Source: Candidatus Aenigmatarchaeota archaeon
Lineage (GTDB): Archaea; Aenigmatarchaeota; Aenigmatarchaeia; CG10238-14
Direction of reading: 5' to 3'
Assembly: GCA_044343545.1 (NCBI GenBank)
Contig: JAWBZR010000002.1
Span: 19,213-83,212 of the forward strand
DNA length: 64,000 bases
This document shows positions 9,746 through 20,425 of this stretch, one piece after another. The notes under the pieces are model-generated. The model searched no databases and was not told the DNA's origin. It worked only from the letters and a program-made list of their open reading frames with translations. Within the stretch, counting starts at the first letter, position 1, and each line of letters starts with the position of its first letter. A program made the translations under genes and the position numbers.

Positions 9746-10216
9746 TCATTTTAAGCAAAATTTTTTAATCAAGCAATTTTTGAATCTGGTTATTTCATTT
9801 CTAAACGTCGAATTCTTTTTGTAAAGCGTAAAAAGTAAGAACAAGCCTACTAGATCTAAAATAAATAATTCCAAAGTATATGAAAGTTTGAATGGCGTTT
9901 GAGGAAAATCATAATTCATGAACGGGTAAAACCAAGGAACAAAATAGGGCAAGTCTTCTACCAAATGCATTATTATGCCGAAAGACACTGACAAAGCAAT
10001 CAATTTTTTTCTTGTCATTTCGAGAGTCATTAAACCGAGCAAAATGGCTGCGAATAGAGTGTGACCTATATATCTGCCAGAGGGAAAAATTCCAATTATG
10101 TATAGTGGTTTGTCTATAATATCTGGCAATTGCGAAGCGAAAAGAGCTGTTAAAGGCGAGAGATGTAGCAAGGAAGCGAAAAAAGCCGTTATTCCCAGGT
10201 GAGCTAATATAAACAT
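9746..10216 (-). CDS. Membrane-bound metal-dependent hydrolase (YdjM-like)
   Basis: H..G near the start, SQLPDIIDK, R.IGHT, HLVED motifs; ATG at 10216 preferred over the longer track ORF. Confidence 0.75.
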   Translation of the reverse strand: MFILAHLGITAFFASLLHLSPLTALFASQLPDIIDKPLYIIGIFPSGRYIGHTLFAAILLGLMTLEMTRKKLIALSVSFGIIMHLVEDLPYFVPWFYPFMNYDFPQTPFKLSYTLELFILDLVGLFLLFTLYKKNSTFRNEITRFKNCLIKKFCLK

Positions 10217-10248
10217 AACAATAAAATTTCCCAAGTCTTTATTTAAAC

Positions 10249-10740
10249 TTAACAAACTTTTCTTGTTAAATTTTCATTTACGAATATAGGAACTTTCATT
10301 CTAACAGCTATAGCTATTGCATCACTCGGTCTAATGTCAACAGTCAAAAATTTTAAACCTTTTTGAAATGTCATTTCTGCAAAATACGTACCTTCTTCCA
10401 TCTTGATTATTTTCACATTTATTGGCTTTATTTCGTAATTCTCTAATATACTTTTTATTATGTCATGAGTGGTTGGTCTAAAATATGTTATATTTTTTTC
10501 TCCTATTTGAATCGATTCTGCTTGTTGTTGAGTAGTATAAAACTCAAATTCATTGCATTTATTTGAAAGCTTAACGATTGCAAATTCATTTTGAACCAAA
10601 ATTTCTTTAACTTCCAACTTGACAAAACCATCTGTTGATGTAACTTGCTTTAGGATGTATTGATATTGAAAGTAAAGAAGGATTACTGCTATAAGAAAAG
10701 ATACAACAAATAATTTTATCATTTTAGATTTTTTCAACAT
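10249..10740 (-). CDS. Bifunctional nuclease family (DUF151) protein with N-terminal TM anchor
   Basis: RPTTHD, GTYFA, DIRPSDAIAIAVR..VPIFV motifs. Confidence 0.85.
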   Translation of the reverse strand: MLKKSKMIKLFVVSFLIAVILLYFQYQYILKQVTSTDGFVKLEVKEILVQNEFAIVKLSNKCNEFEFYTTQQQAESIQIGEKNITYFRPTTHDIIKSILENYEIKPINVKIIKMEEGTYFAEMTFQKGLKFLTVDIRPSDAIAIAVRMKVPIFVNENLTRKVC

Positions 10741-10883
10741 TATAATACTATTAATGATGTTTGAGTTAATATTTTTGGCTCAAAGTGGTTTGCATCTGAA
10801 AATTTCACCCAAAAATAATTGGTTGAAAGACGCAACATTTTGAATAGAGCATAGAATATAATTTTATTTTACAAAATTATCAT

Positions 10884-11933
10884 TTGATGAAAATTGCAAA
10901 GATGCAAGAACGATTGAATAACAGTTTAGTCAAGTGCACCGCATGTTCGCATTATTGTATAATAGCTCCAAATAATACAGGTTTGTGCGGTATAAGAAAA
11001 AATATTAAAGGCAAGCTTTACTTGCTCGTTTACGGTAAGGCAGCCGCTGTTAACATTGATCCCATAGAAAAAAAGCCTCTCTATCATTTCTTGCCTGGGA
11101 GCAAGATATTTTCTTTTGGAACTTTGGGTTGTGATTTTGGATGTTTGTTTTGTCAAAACTATGACATTTCTCAGTTTCCAAGAGAGATAAGATTAAACGA
11201 TGATAGAGACGAGTTACTAAAAGATGCTATAGAAAAATGCGATAATCTTTCGCCGAAACAAATAGTTGACTATTGTTTAAAACATAATTTGCCTTCAATA
11301 GCATATACTTATAATGAGCCAGCAGTATTTTTCGAGTACGCATATGATACGGCAAAAATGGCAAAGAAGTTTGGTATAAAAAACGTTTTTGTCACCAATG
11401 GTTACGAGTCGAAAGAATCTTTTGATAAAATAAAAAAATACTTGGACGCAGCTAATGTAGACTTGAAATCATTTTCAGAAGAATTTTATTCGAACATTTG
11501 CAAGGCAAAATTAGAACCTGTTCTGAGGACAATAGAAAGGATGCACGATGCTGGTATATGGATAGAAATTACGACTCTTGTAATTCCTGGAAAGAATGAT
11601 TCTGAAAAGGAATTGAAAAACATAGCAGAATTTATAGCATCTATTAGCAAACACATACCTTGGCATGTCACGGCTTTTCATCCAGATTATAAAATGCTTG
11701 ATGCACCCCCCACATCTTTATCTACCTTGATTAAAGCTTACAAAATAGGAAAGAGTTCAGGCTTAAAGTACGTATATATAGGTAATGTAAGAGCAGGAGA
11801 TTATGAAAACACTTTTTGTCCCGTTTGCGAAAATGTTTGTATTTCTAGAATCGGCTTTTTCAATATAAAAAACAATTTAATAAAAGGCAGTTGCCCAAAA
11901 TGTGGTTACAAGCTTGAGGGTGTTTGGGAATGA
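10884..11933 (+). CDS. amrS: AmmeMemoRadiSam system radical SAM enzyme
   Basis: CTACSHYC, DPIEKKPLYHF, CDFGCLFCQN, AYTYNEP, YVYIGNV, C-terminal CxxC pairs. Confidence 0.92.
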   Translation: MMKIAKMQERLNNSLVKCTACSHYCIIAPNNTGLCGIRKNIKGKLYLLVYGKAAAVNIDPIEKKPLYHFLPGSKIFSFGTLGCDFGCLFCQNYDISQFPREIRLNDDRDELLKDAIEKCDNLSPKQIVDYCLKHNLPSIAYTYNEPAVFFEYAYDTAKMAKKFGIKNVFVTNGYESKESFDKIKKYLDAANVDLKSFSEEFYSNICKAKLEPVLRTIERMHDAGIWIEITTLVIPGKNDSEKELKNIAEFIASISKHIPWHVTAFHPDYKMLDAPPTSLSTLIKAYKIGKSSGLKYVYIGNVRAGDYENTFCPVCENVCISRIGFFNIKNNLIKGSCPKCGYKLEGVWE

Positions 11934-12685
11934 TAAGAAAAGCGGTGGTAGCGGGAAGCTTTTATCCTAAAGACAAGGAAAAACTTGAAAAAATGATAGA
12001 CCATTTTTTGTCGAATGTTGATGTCGAAGAGTTAAATGCAAAAGGTTTTGTCGTGCCTCATGCAGGCTATGTTTATTCTGGCCAAGTTGCTGCTTATGCC
12101 TATAAGATTATAAAATCCTTAGGTTGTAAAAGAGTTATATTGTTAGGCCCTTCCCATTTTATTCCTTTTATTGGTTCATCTATTTCAACTGCAGATTTTT
12201 GGGAAACGCCTTTAGGTAAAGTAAAGGTAGAAAAAATTGTCACAAACTTTTTAGATTTTCCCGCAGCACATGCATATGAACATTCTATTGAGGTTCAACT
12301 ACCTTTCTTGCAAAGGGTTCTAAAAGATTTTTCTATCGTTCCGATAAGTATAGGAGACGATGATTACAGGGATGTGGCTAATGAAATAGAAAGATTTGTA
12401 AATGAAGAAACCATCATAATTGCTAGTTCTGACTTGAGTCACTATTATGATTATGAAACTGCCAAGAAGATCGATCAAAAAGCAAACGAAGCCATCCCAA
12501 AATTAGATATAAAGGCCGCGGAAAATATAGAAGCTTGCGGAAAAATAGGTATACTTGCACTTATGTCTCTAGCAAAGAAAAAAGGCTGGAAAGGTATGAA
12601 ACTTTTTTATGCAAATTCTGGTGACGTGACCGGAGATAAATCAAGGGTCGTTGGTTATGGATGCTACGCGTTTTACGAAATATAA
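11924..12685 (+). CDS. amrB: AmmeMemoRadiSam system protein B (MEMO1 family)
   Basis: VAGSFYP, PHAGYVYSG, GPSH, EHSIEVQLPFLQ, SSDLSHY, ACG. Confidence 0.93.
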   Translation: MGMIRKAVVAGSFYPKDKEKLEKMIDHFLSNVDVEELNAKGFVVPHAGYVYSGQVAAYAYKIIKSLGCKRVILLGPSHFIPFIGSSISTADFWETPLGKVKVEKIVTNFLDFPAAHAYEHSIEVQLPFLQRVLKDFSIVPISIGDDDYRDVANEIERFVNEETIIIASSDLSHYYDYETAKKIDQKANEAIPKLDIKAAENIEACGKIGILALMSLAKKKGWKGMKLFYANSGDVTGDKSRVVGYGCYAFYEI

Positions 12686-13232
12686 AGAATTTCTTTTAAG
12701 TTTGGCAAGGAAAAGCATAGAATATTTCTTGGAAAAAAGAGAGCTCATGCACGTGAACGAAGAAGAATTAGATAATGAGTTGAAAGAAAAAAGGCCAGTT
12801 TTTGTCACGTTAGAGAAGCACGGTATGTTGAGGGGATGCATAGGAAACTTGCAGCCAACAGAACCTCTTTATGCAGGCGTTATAAAAAATGCTGTGGCCG
12901 CAGCCTTTTATGATGTAAGATTTTACCCTTTGAGTAGAGATGAATTGGATGAAGTTACGATAGAAATATCGATTTTAAGTGAGCCTAAAAAGATCGAATA
13001 TAAGACAGTCAAAGAGCTATTAAGGAAGATAAGACGCTTCAAAGACGGCTTGATAATAAGATGTGGTCATAGGACTGCAACATTCTTGCCTCAAGTTTGG
13101 GAAAAACTTCCCGAAAAAGAGCTATTTTTGAGCGAGCTTTGCTTGAAAGCTGGGTTGAAAGCGGACGAATGGAAAAAAGGTAGTTTGGAAGTTTTCAAAT
13201 ACAATGTGATTTGCTTCAAAGAAAAAGGTTAA
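12651..13232 (+). CDS. amrA: AmmeMemoRadiSam system protein A (AMMECR1 family)
   Basis: FVTL...[32 protein letters not shown]. Confidence 0.93.
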   Translation: MVMDATRFTKYKEFLLSLARKSIEYFLEKRELMHVNEEELDNELKEKRPVFVTLEKHGMLRGCIGNLQPTEPLYAGVIKNAVAAAFYDVRFYPLSRDELDEVTIEISILSEPKKIEYKTVKELLRKIRRFKDGLIIRCGHRTATFLPQVWEKLPEKELFLSELCLKAGLKADEWKKGSLEVFKYNVICFKEKG

Positions 13233-13549
13233 TCCTTAAAACTTATTTGTATTTGAATGTTTTGTGGTATTTGAACTCTTAATACCTGCCTCAATGCTCT
13301 ATCATCTGCTTGCAAATCTATCATCCTTTTATGAATTCTCATTTCCCACCTGTCAAATGTCGCATTTCCATGTCCAGTTCCATCGCCACAAGGAGTTTTC
13401 ATAGTAACCACTCTTAATTTTTTTGTTGGCAAAGGTATGGGGCCTCTCCAATTTACGCCGAATTTTTTGGCTATATCTATTATCTCGTTGCATATGCTAT
13501 CCAATTGTTTGGGATCTCTACCTGAAAGTTTTATTCTAGCTATTTGCAT
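13229..13549 (-). CDS. rpsJ: 30S ribosomal protein uS10
   Basis: [27 protein letters not shown]. Confidence 0.97.
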   Translation of the reverse strand: MQIARIKLSGRDPKQLDSICNEIIDIAKKFGVNWRGPIPLPTKKLRVVTMKTPCGDGTGHGNATFDRWEMRIHKRMIDLQADDRALRQVLRVQIPQNIQIQISFKD

Positions 13550-14054
13550 CGCACCATCACTTTGAATTATAAACCAAACTTATATTTAAATAATTTTGTG
13601 TTTAGAATAAAGCTATAAAAGGAGGAGATATGGGGTTAATTTTATGGGTTTCAAACTAATTTATATTATTTTTTGATTCAGAAGGATTGGTAGGAAAGCA
13701 AAAATATTTGCAATCTTTTTTATCTCATAATACCATAGTTTTTTGGCATTTTTATAAAATCTAAGAGTTTACATTAGTGTGAGAAAAATTTAATGCGGGC
13801 ATCCAGGTAGATCAGCTATTATATATCTACATTAGGCAAACCTGGATGTTTTTGGAAAAAATATACTGTTCCAACTGATTGGCCTTTTTTACAATAAAAG
13901 ATTATTATTGCCTATCACAACTTGACAACCACCATCAACTTTGCTTAATAATTTTTCTGGTATTTCGTTTTTGTAAATACAAACAAATGGACAATATTCT
14001 CTTCCATTATACTCTATAACTGCATAAAACATTAAATTAAAAAGAAATAAGGAT

Positions 14055-15335
14055 TTATTTCTTTAAAGGAACAACATCTAAAACAATTCCTGCCGCGACT
14101 GTTTGACCCATGTCTCTAATAGCGAATCTTGCCAATTGTGGGAAATCTGATTGTTTTTCAACAACCATCGGTTTTGTTGGCACCACTCTTACTCTTGCAG
14201 CGTCACCCGTTTTTATGAAATCTGGATGTTCCTGAACAACGGCACCCGTTTTTGGATCTATTTTTGCAATTATTTCCTCAATCTTGCAAGCTATGCTGGC
14301 TGTACCTAAATGGAAGACGGGGGTGTAGCCCGCTGTGATGACTGTTGGATGGTTTAAAACAATAATTTGCGCTATGAATTCTTTTGCGACTGTTGGCGGA
14401 TTGCTTACATGACCGCAAACATCTCCTCTTTTAACATCATTCTTGCTAATGCCTCTTACATTGAAACCAATATTATCTCCTGGCCTTGCTTCCGGTTGTT
14501 GTTTGTGAAACATTTCTATGGATTTTACTTCACCCGTAGCTCCAGAGGGCATAAAAATAACTTTGTCATTCACTTTCAAAATACCTGTTTCCACCCTACC
14601 AACAGGTACAGTTCCTACACCAGTGATGCTGTAAACATCTTGTATCGGTATTCTTAAAGGCTTGTCGATTGGTTGCTCGGGTGGTTTTACTGTTGCATCC
14701 ATTGCTTCAACTAGTGTAGGTCCTTTATACCAAGGCATTTTATCCGTCTTGTTCACAACATTATCTCCTTGATAAGCTGAAACCGGGACAAACGGAATTT
14801 CATCCACTTTATAACCAACACTTTGCAAAAGTTTCTTTACTTCAGCTACAATTTCTTGATATCTCTTTTCGTCATAATTTACAGTATCCATTTTGTTAAC
14901 AGCTACAATGACTTGATTAACACCCAAAACTTTTATCAAGTAAGTGTGCTCTCTTGTCTGCTCTTGCACGCCTTCTCCTTGTTTGGCAGAAACAACAAGA
15001 ATTGCAGCGTCAGCCTGAGATGCACCGGTAATCATGTTTTTAACGAAATCTCTATGACCCGGAGCATCGATGATAGTATAATAATATTTTTTACTTTCAA
15101 ACGGCGTGTGCATGATATCAATGGTAACACCTCTCTCTCTTTCCTCTTTTAGTCTATCCATAAGAAAGGCAAATTCAAATGTTTCTTTTTTCAATTCCTT
15201 AGCCAACTCTTTCAATTTTCTTAATTGATCCTCTCTTATAGCACCTGAATCGTATAAAAGTCTACCTATCAATGTAGATTTTCCCGCATCAACGTGTCCT
15301 GCAGTCATGATGTTAATTTTTGGCAAATCGGCCAT
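14055..15335 (-). CDS. tuf: Translation elongation factor EF-1 alpha
   Basis: [50 protein letters not shown] upstream. Confidence 0.98.
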   Translation of the reverse strand: MADLPKINIMTAGHVDAGKSTLIGRLLYDSGAIREDQLRKLKELAKELKKETFEFAFLMDRLKEERERGVTIDIMHTPFESKKYYYTIIDAPGHRDFVKNMITGASQADAAILVVSAKQGEGVQEQTREHTYLIKVLGVNQVIVAVNKMDTVNYDEKRYQEIVAEVKKLLQSVGYKVDEIPFVPVSAYQGDNVVNKTDKMPWYKGPTLVEAMDATVKPPEQPIDKPLRIPIQDVYSITGVGTVPVGRVETGILKVNDKVIFMPSGATGEVKSIEMFHKQQPEARPGDNIGFNVRGISKNDVKRGDVCGHVSNPPTVAKEFIAQIIVLNHPTVITAGYTPVFHLGTASIACKIEEIIAKIDPKTGAVVQEHPDFIKTGDAARVRVVPTKPMVVEKQSDFPQLARFAIRDMGQTVAAGIVLDVVPLKK

Positions 15336-15382
15336 GGCTACACCTCCTACATTTATTATATCTTAAAGCTTTTAAATATATT

Positions 15383-17581
15383 TCATTCAAATTTTGGAAT
15401 TTCAAGTGGCAAACCTTTTCTTTGCCTGATTTTCTTTATTGTTTGCTCTTGCAAATCTTTAGGAATTCTTTCGAAAACAACATCAATTAAACTGTAAAAT
15501 CCTTTCCCTCCCGTCGCAGATTTCAAGGCAGAGTTGAAGCCGAACATTTCAGAAACAGGCATCTTACATTTTATTATTGTTACACCCCTTTCTTCATCCA
15601 TTTCCAAAATTTGACCCCTTCTGTTTTGTATCTCTTTTATAGCACCACCCATCGTTTCTGTAGGTGTATCAATTCTTATTATTTGCTTTGGCTCAAGTAA
15701 AACAGGTTCAGCCTTCATCATAGCAGCCATGATAGCATGACTAAAAGCGGGTAATATTTGTCCAGGTCCTCTATGGATGGCATCTTCGTGTAGTTCGGCA
15801 TTTATCAAGCTCACTTTTATTCCTGTACATGGCTCTCTTGCTTGAGGGCCATCATCCATGACATTTCTAAAAGCTTCCTTGAGCATTTCTTCTACTTCAT
15901 TCAAATATTGAATACCTTTTGTTTCGTCAACAAGAATGCTTTTGTTATATATTAACCAAATATTTTTAACTTCGGCATGAGAGAGTCCGGCATCAATTAA
16001 CTTTTTTTGAACATCCAAATGCTTTTTCTTAAAATCTACTTCAGGAGGTATGTCACCATTGTTTATCAATTCCTCTATTTTTGGATTTATTGGCTCAACT
16101 GTGATATAAAATTTATTGTGTTTGTTCGGCGATTTTCCCTCGACTATTGGTGATTTTGATGTTACAGTCTCTCTGTATACAACTATTGGCGGTGTCGTCG
16201 TGAATTCTATTCCAGCTTCCTTTAACTTTCTTTCAACCTTTGCATCCAAGTGCAACTCGCCCAAGCCAGAAACCAAATATTCGCCCGTTTCCTCATCTAT
16301 TTTAACTTTAATAGTCGTGTCCTCTCTTTCCAGCTTTTTGAGAAATGCTGCTAATTTTGCCAAATCACCAGGATTTTTCGGTTCTATAGCTTTTGTAACC
16401 ACAGGTTCAAATATGTGAGTGATTTGCTCAAATGGCTCAATGATATGGTTAGGTCTGCAAATTGTTTCTCCTGAAAATGCTTCACCCAAGCCAACTATGC
16501 CGACTATGTTACCTGCAACGACTTCGTCTACTTGCAACCTATGCGGACCTTTGTATATAGAAACCTGTTGAATCCTTTGAGTTTTTTTCTGTCCAACCAA
16601 ATAAACTTCATCACCAACTTTTAAAGTACCAGAAAATATCCTTGCCGTGGCAACGTAACCGGCATGAGGGTCCGGCATCAGTTTTGTGACTACAGCAGCT
16701 AGCACACCGTTCGGGTTTACGTTTAACATATCTTTGCCAGCTTCACTCTCAATATCACCTTTCCATATTTTCGGTATTCTATACTTTTGCGCCTCGATAG
16801 GAGAAGGCAAATGAGTAATTATCATGTCCAAAACCACTTTATGTAAAGGAGCCATTTTCGCCAACTCATCTTCTTTTTCATTCAACGTATACTCTATTAT
16901 TTGTTTGAAGGTAATTCCGTATTTTTTCATGAAGGGAACAGAAATACCCCACTTTTTCAGAGCAGAGCCAAAAGCAACTGAGCCATTTTCTACGTTTACT
17001 AACCACTTGCTTTTAAATTCATCCTCTGCATATTTTTGTATCAAATAATTAACTTCTTGAATTATTTTCGTGAATCTTTCCATCATTTGCTCCGGAGTAA
17101 GTTTTAACTCCTTTATCAACCTATCAGTTTTATTGATGAATAAAACTGGTTTTACTCTTTCTCTCAAAGATTGCCTAATAACGGTTTCTGTTTGTGGCAT
17201 CACGCTTTCTACCGCATCAACAAGCACTATGGCACCATCAACCGCTCTCATAGCTCTTGTAACATCGCCTCCGAAATCTACATGACCTGGAGTGTCTATC
17301 AGGTTGATAAGATAATCTTGGTTGTTGTATTCGTGAATCATGCTTGCATTTGCAGCCCAAATCGTTATTCCTCTTTCTTGCTCTTGTGGATCAAAATCCA
17401 TAAATAACTGTCTTCCTGCAAGTTTTTCCGATATCATGCCAGCTCCTGCTAACAAGTTATCAGAAAATGTTGTTTTTCCATGATCTATGTGAGCACATGT
17501 CCCGATATTTCTTATATTTTGAGGTTTTTTCATAACTTCTAATATTCTTTCTACCATATCTTTTTCTGCCAAGACATTCAC
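15383..17581 (-). CDS. fusA: Translation elongation factor EF-2
   Basis: AHIDHGKTT, DTPGHVDF, NKTD, GLGELHL; diphthamide loop HEDAIHRGPGQ intact. Confidence 0.98.
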   Translation of the reverse strand: MNVLAEKDMVERILEVMKKPQNIRNIGTCAHIDHGKTTFSDNLLAGAGMISEKLAGRQLFMDFDPQEQERGITIWAANASMIHEYNNQDYLINLIDTPGHVDFGGDVTRAMRAVDGAIVLVDAVESVMPQTETVIRQSLRERVKPVLFINKTDRLIKELKLTPEQMMERFTKIIQEVNYLIQKYAEDEFKSKWLVNVENGSVAFGSALKKWGISVPFMKKYGITFKQIIEYTLNEKEDELAKMAPLHKVVLDMIITHLPSPIEAQKYRIPKIWKGDIESEAGKDMLNVNPNGVLAAVVTKLMPDPHAGYVATARIFSGTLKVGDEVYLVGQKKTQRIQQVSIYKGPHRLQVDEVVAGNIVGIVGLGEAFSGETICRPNHIIEPFEQITHIFEPVVTKAIEPKNPGDLAKLAAFLKKLEREDTTIKVKIDEETGEYLVSGLGELHLDAKVERKLKEAGIEFTTTPPIVVYRETVTSKSPIVEGKSPNKHNKFYITVEPINPKIEELINNGDIPPEVDFKKKHLDVQKKLIDAGLSHAEVKNIWLIYNKSILVDETKGIQYLNEVEEMLKEAFRNVMDDGPQAREPCTGIKVSLINAELHEDAIHRGPGQILPAFSHAIMAAMMKAEPVLLEPKQIIRIDTPTETMGGAIKEIQNRRGQILEMDEERGVTIIKCKMPVSEMFGFNSALKSATGGKGFYSLIDVVFERIPKDLQEQTIKKIRQRKGLPLEIPKFE

Positions 17582-18180
17582 CTGGAGGCATCAGCTTCCT
17601 TTTCAATTCTTTCCTTTTCCTTTATTGCTTCGGATTTAGAAGCATCATTTTTGTAAGCATAGTAAATTTCATCAGCCAATTCTTCAGCCATGCTTCTTTT
17701 CTTTCCAAAAGCTTTCTTATAAGCAGCGCGAACCATCATTGTTAAAGCCAAATCAACCCTCCTTTGAGGCGAGGTCACAACCGCTTTTCTAACCATTATA
17801 CCTCCGGCTTGATAAGAGGCTAATTCTTCTCGAAGCGCGGCGTTTTCTATTGCTGTCACGAAAACCTTGATTGGATTTTCGTTTGTTCTTTTTTCCAAAA
17901 TTTCAAATGTTTTTTTAATTATCTTGTATACGGTTTGCGTTTTTCCAGTATTTCTTCCAGACGTCAAAAGATGCTTTTTTCCTTTATGTCCAGGAACCAT
18001 CAATTTATTTGCAAGCCTTTCTACTATGTTCATTTGTGATTTATAAAATTGCTTTTTTGAAAATCTACCTCCACTTCTTGGAATAACAGAAGGTTTCAAG
18101 CAAATATACATTTTTAATCCAGGATCTTTTACTTCTATTCCTTCAAACGACCATTTGTTGAAGAGTTTTAATTCTGCCAT
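17578..18180 (-). CDS. rpsG: 30S ribosomal protein uS7
   Basis: LFNKW, IVERLANKLM, ENPIKV, SPQRRVDLAL; position in str cluster. Confidence 0.96.
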   Translation of the reverse strand: MAELKLFNKWSFEGIEVKDPGLKMYICLKPSVIPRSGGRFSKKQFYKSQMNIVERLANKLMVPGHKGKKHLLTSGRNTGKTQTVYKIIKKTFEILEKRTNENPIKVFVTAIENAALREELASYQAGGIMVRKAVVTSPQRRVDLALTMMVRAAYKKAFGKKRSMAEELADEIYYAYKNDASKSEAIKEKERIEKEADASR

Positions 18181-18185
18181 AAAAA

Positions 18186-18611
18186 CTACCTTGATGGTTT
18201 TTGTTTTTTACCTTTCAATATTTCTTTTAAAGATACACCGTTAACCTTGACGACTTGATATTTTAAACCCCATTGAGACCCAACAGGCCCACCTTGAGAA
18301 CCGCCAACACCCTCCAACAAAACTTCGTCATGTTCGTTGATGTGATCTATAGCATGATTACCAGGAACAAAAGCGGTAACTTGAATGTTGTTTTTTATTA
18401 ATTGCACTCTCACAGCCTTTATCAAACCAGAAGACGGTTGTTTTTGCTCTACAGTTCTTTTAGCCAAAACTATTCCTCTGGCTTGAGGTGCACCCTCGAA
18501 TGGCTTTTTCTTGTAAAGTTGCAACTGCCTCCTCATGTATCTTACATCCTTCCATCTAAACTTTTGCCTATTCGAGCGCAACTTTCTAGCTGCAAATTCG
18601 CCTCTTGCCAT
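18186..18611 (-). CDS. rpsL: 30S ribosomal protein uS12
   Basis: [33 protein letters not shown]; position between nusA and S7. Confidence 0.95.
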   Translation of the reverse strand: MARGEFAARKLRSNRQKFRWKDVRYMRRQLQLYKKKPFEGAPQARGIVLAKRTVEQKQPSSGLIKAVRVQLIKNNIQVTAFVPGNHAIDHINEHDEVLLEGVGGSQGGPVGSQWGLKYQVVKVNGVSLKEILKGKKQKPSR

Positions 18612-18612
18612 C

Positions 18613-19029
18613 CTACTTCAACCTCACATCATCTATATCATGTAATCGTTTAAGTATTTCTTTTAATATTTTAAACTTTTGCTTGTTTCTTCCAAAAACT
18701 TTGTTTTTATCTCTTTTATTTATTTTTATTTCCGCGATATTTTTACCATCCTCTTCTATTATTGTCGCTTCTACGTCAGCCGCGATGATATTCTTTATAA
18801 AATCATTAATATCCGAAGAATATTCGAACACTTTCACGTGTTTGCCTAATAACTTTTCAACATATTTTATCAAAGATCCACCTTTGCCTATGGCTAGTCC
18901 TGCTTTGCCTTCTTCAACAATATAATAAACAGTATTGTCGTTTTCGAAGCAATCCACAACCCTAACATTGGTTATGTTTTCAAACAAATTCAAGAATCTT
19001 ATAGTACTTGTGTTTAACTCCCTCTTCAT
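18613..19029 (-). CDS. nusA: Archaeal NusA-like KH-domain transcription factor
   Basis: [18 protein letters not shown] motif; conserved synteny. Confidence 0.93.
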   Translation of the reverse strand: MKRELNTSTIRFLNLFENITNVRVVDCFENDNTVYYIVEEGKAGLAIGKGGSLIKYVEKLLGKHVKVFEYSSDINDFIKNIIAADVEATIIEEDGKNIAEIKINKRDKNKVFGRNKQKFKILKEILKRLHDIDDVRLK

Positions 19030-19301
19030 TTTTTATCGCTCTCTTTGATTGCTAGTATGCTTACTGAAAAAGGCTTTCCGCAGACAAGACCCAAGTTAAC
19101 GTTATCCCCTTCAAACTCCTTTACTTCTACTTTGGCAATTTTTGCGTTGTGAAGGATTTCTTGTTTTTTATCTTCAGGTAAGTTATTTGCAATTACAACC
19201 ATATCTATTTTACCACTCTTTAAATTTTTCATAACTCTATTATAACCTAAAATGACTTGTTTGCTTTTTACCTTGTCTTGGATGAGTTTTACTAAATTCA
19301 T
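19026..19301 (-). CDS. rpl30e: 50S ribosomal protein eL30
   Basis: [22 protein letters not shown]. Confidence 0.95.
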   Translation of the reverse strand: MNLVKLIQDKVKSKQVILGYNRVMKNLKSGKIDMVVIANNLPEDKKQEILHNAKIAKVEVKEFEGDNVNLGLVCGKPFSVSILAIKESDKK

Positions 19302-20425
19302 TCTTCACCAACCTTGCCTATTAATTCGAACATACCAGTGCCTACCGGTACTTGTTGGTTGATCATGACATTATCAAATATTCCTTCAAATTCGTCCACT
19401 TCATTTCTTACCGAAGCTCTAACAAGATGCTTTATCGTTTCTTCGAAACCTGCTCTTGAAAGAACCGCTGATTGCGTACCAGCAACACCATATCTTCCTA
19501 CAGGCCTCACTTCTCCAGTAAAACACATTATATCCGCAACCAATGTGATATGCCTTTCATCAACATTCAACCCCTGCTGTTTCAAGGTATTGTTTATTTC
19601 CCTTATGAGAATAGTTCTTGCAGCTTCTATACCTAAAATCTTTTCAACTTCGTGAAAATTGTTTGAGTATGTTCTTGTGAAATCCACTTCTTCAAGCTGA
19701 AATATTTTTTCTAAGTTTGATCCAAGTGTTTTTACAACCCAATCGTTTCCTTCTTTTACAACAACAGCATTTTTCACATTTTCCACACCACTTACATACG
19801 AGGCGAGAACCTTTCTTTTCAATTTTTCAAGTTCTTTTATCGATATGTCTTGCTTGGGCTCTATGGTGATGGAGTTAGTGTGCGGTTTGACTTGATATCC
19901 TTTCAAAAGTTTTTGCAACCTTTCCACTATTTCATCCATTTCCTCTTTTGTAATCTTGCCAAAGTTTATTTTTATTTTTTTGTTGGTAAGGTCAGTTGTA
20001 ACTTCAGTTGCAAAGTATTTTACCTTTTTTTCTTTGATTTTTTTCGAAAATTCCTCAGCCGCTTCTTTTGTATTGTGTTTTGGTTTTAGATATATAGTCA
20101 TCATCGGAGTAGTAGGTTCTTTCCTCGCATCGAATATTTCTATTAATCTTGGCAAACCTAAAGTGACTTGAATGCCGGCCGAAGCTGCAAAGTGATATGT
20201 ACGCATTGTCATTTGCGTCGCAGGTTCGGAAATCGATTGAGCCACAAGGATTCCTATAGCTTCTCCAGGTTGGAACATATTTTTGTAATATTCTCTCTTT
20301 ACTTCTTCTATCAATTTTATTTGCTGCTCTTCATTAAGCTTTCTTTGAGTGATGACCCTTTCCACTTCTTCCTTGAGATTGGCAGGAAAATCATCCAAAT
20401 AATCTTCTAGCAATTTTTTCGACAT
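19298..20425 (-). CDS. rpoA2: RNA polymerase subunit A'' (Rpo1C)
   Basis: [51 protein letters not shown]. Confidence 0.97.
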   Translation of the reverse strand: MSKKLLEDYLDDFPANLKEEVERVITQRKLNEEQQIKLIEEVKREYYKNMFQPGEAIGILVAQSISEPATQMTMRTYHFAASAGIQVTLGLPRLIEIFDARKEPTTPMMTIYLKPKHNTKEAAEEFSKKIKEKKVKYFATEVTTDLTNKKIKINFGKITKEEMDEIVERLQKLLKGYQVKPHTNSITIEPKQDISIKELEKLKRKVLASYVSGVENVKNAVVVKEGNDWVVKTLGSNLEKIFQLEEVDFTRTYSNNFHEVEKILGIEAARTILIREINNTLKQQGLNVDERHITLVADIMCFTGEVRPVGRYGVAGTQSAVLSRAGFEETIKHLVRASVRNEVDEFEGIFDNVMINQQVPVGTGMFELIGKVGEE

